Assembly (NCBI GenBank): GCA_030390025.1 | Contig: CM059429.1 | Location: forward strand, 138,570,001 to 138,634,000 | Direction of reading: 5' to 3' | DNA: 64,000 bases | Origin: Squalus acanthias | Taxonomy: Eukaryota | Shown here: piece by piece, positions 62,945 to 64,000 of the stretch | How positions within the stretch are numbered: the first letter of the stretch is position 1 | How the letters are laid out: each line of letters opens with the position of its first letter | Notes under the pieces: model-generated | What the model was told of the DNA's origin: nothing | The model's input: the letters and a program-made list of their open reading frames with translations, nothing else | The model's database searches: none | Made by a program: the position numbers and the translations under genes

Positions 62945-64000
62945 CTTGTTGTGCGGGTCTGTTCTTGTTGTGTGCGGGTCTGTTCTTGTTGTGCGGGTCT
63001 GTTCTTGTTGTGTGCGGGTCTGTTCTTGTTGTGCGGGTCTGTTCTTGTTGTGTGCGGGTCTGTTCTTGTTGTGTGCGGGTCTGTTCTTGTTGTGCGGGTC
63101 TGTTCTTGTTGTGTGCGGATCTGTTCTTGTTGTGTGCGGGTCTGTTCTTGTTGTGTGCGGGTCTGTTCTTGTTGTGCGGGTCTGTTCTTGTTGTGTGCGG
63201 GTCTGTTCTTGTTGTGCGGGTCTGTTCTTGTTGTGTATGGTCTGTTCTTGTTGTGTATGGTCTGTTCTTGTTGTGTGCGGGTCTGTTCTTGTTGTGTGCG
63301 GGTCTGTTCTTGTTGTGTGCGGGTCTGTTCTTGTTGTGCGGGTCTGTTCTTGTTGTGTGTGGGTCTGTTCTTGTTGTGCGGGTCTGTTCTTGTTGTGCGG
63401 GTCTGTTCTTGTTGTGTATGGTCTGTTCTTGTTGTGCGGGTCTGTTCTTGTTGTGTATGGTCTGTTCTTGTTGTGTGCGGGTCTGTTCTTGTTGTGTGCG
63501 GGTCTGTTCTTGTTGTGTGCGGGTCTGTTCTTGTTGTGCGGGTCTGTTCTTGTTGTGTGTGGGTCTGTTCTTGTTGTGCGGGTCTGTTCTTGTTGTGCGG
63601 GTCTGTTCTTGTTGTGTGCGGGTCTGTTCTTGTTGTGTGCGGGTCTGTTCTTGTTGTGTGCGGGTCTGTTCTTGTTGTGTGCGGGTCTGTTCTTGTTGTG
63701 TGCGGGTCTGTTCTTGTTGTGTGCGGGTCTGTTCTTGTTGTGTGCGGGTCTGTTCTTGTTGTGTGCGGGTCTGTTCTTGTGTGCGGGTCTGTTCTTGTTG
63801 TGTATGGTCTGTTCTTGTTGTGTGTGGTCTGTTCTTGTTGTGTGCGGGTCTGTTCTTGTTGTGCGGGTCTGTTCTTGTTGTGTGCGGGTCTGTTCTTGTT
63901 GTGTGCGGGTCTGTTCTTGTTGTGTGCGGGTCTGTTCTTGTTGTGTATGGTCTGTTCTTGTTGTGTGCGGGTCTGTTCTTGTTGTGCGGGTCTGTTCTTG

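Larger units (their letters stand above)
41641..64000 (+). repeat. Tandem satellite, 19/20/21-bp units GGGTCTGTTCTTGTTGTG(TG)C and GGTCTGTTCTTGTTGTGTAT, >22 kb, runs off the window
   Basis: Directly visible. Degenerate units at the left edge; interrupted only by two SINE copies. Confidence 0.98.

Noticed and set aside
41641-64000. CRISPR-like array or telomeric repeat
   Set aside because: No unique spacers, vertebrate context, no cas genes; the unit is not TTAGGG.

Overview
Vertebrate genomic DNA, very likely from a cartilaginous fish (shark), judged from its HE1/V-SINE-, DeuSINE- and CR1-type repeats. It holds one host gene on the + strand (5646-17992): a multi-exon Ig-superfamily receptor with leader / germline-joined V-J-like domain / one C1-set domain / uncharged TM / cytoplasmic tail with four ITIM/ITSM-like tyrosines. 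This is a non-rearranging, antigen-receptor-like or SIRP-like inhibitory receptor of about 361 aa. The rest of 1-41.6 kb is transposon-derived. It includes several CR1 LINEs, SINEs, Penelope-derived palindromes with a hammerhead core, Harbinger remnants/MITEs and a 1.27 kb solo LTR with TSD. It also includes a tRNA-headed APE-RT LINE interrupted by a very young Gypsy element with identical LTRs; where the PBS should be, this element has a 13-nt perfect complement to its own LTR instead of a tRNA site (candidate self-priming). From ~41.64 kb to the end is a 19-21 bp A-depleted satellite containing a duplicated SINE with 3917-bp periodicity. The multi-thousand-aa ORFs there are artefacts of this repeat.
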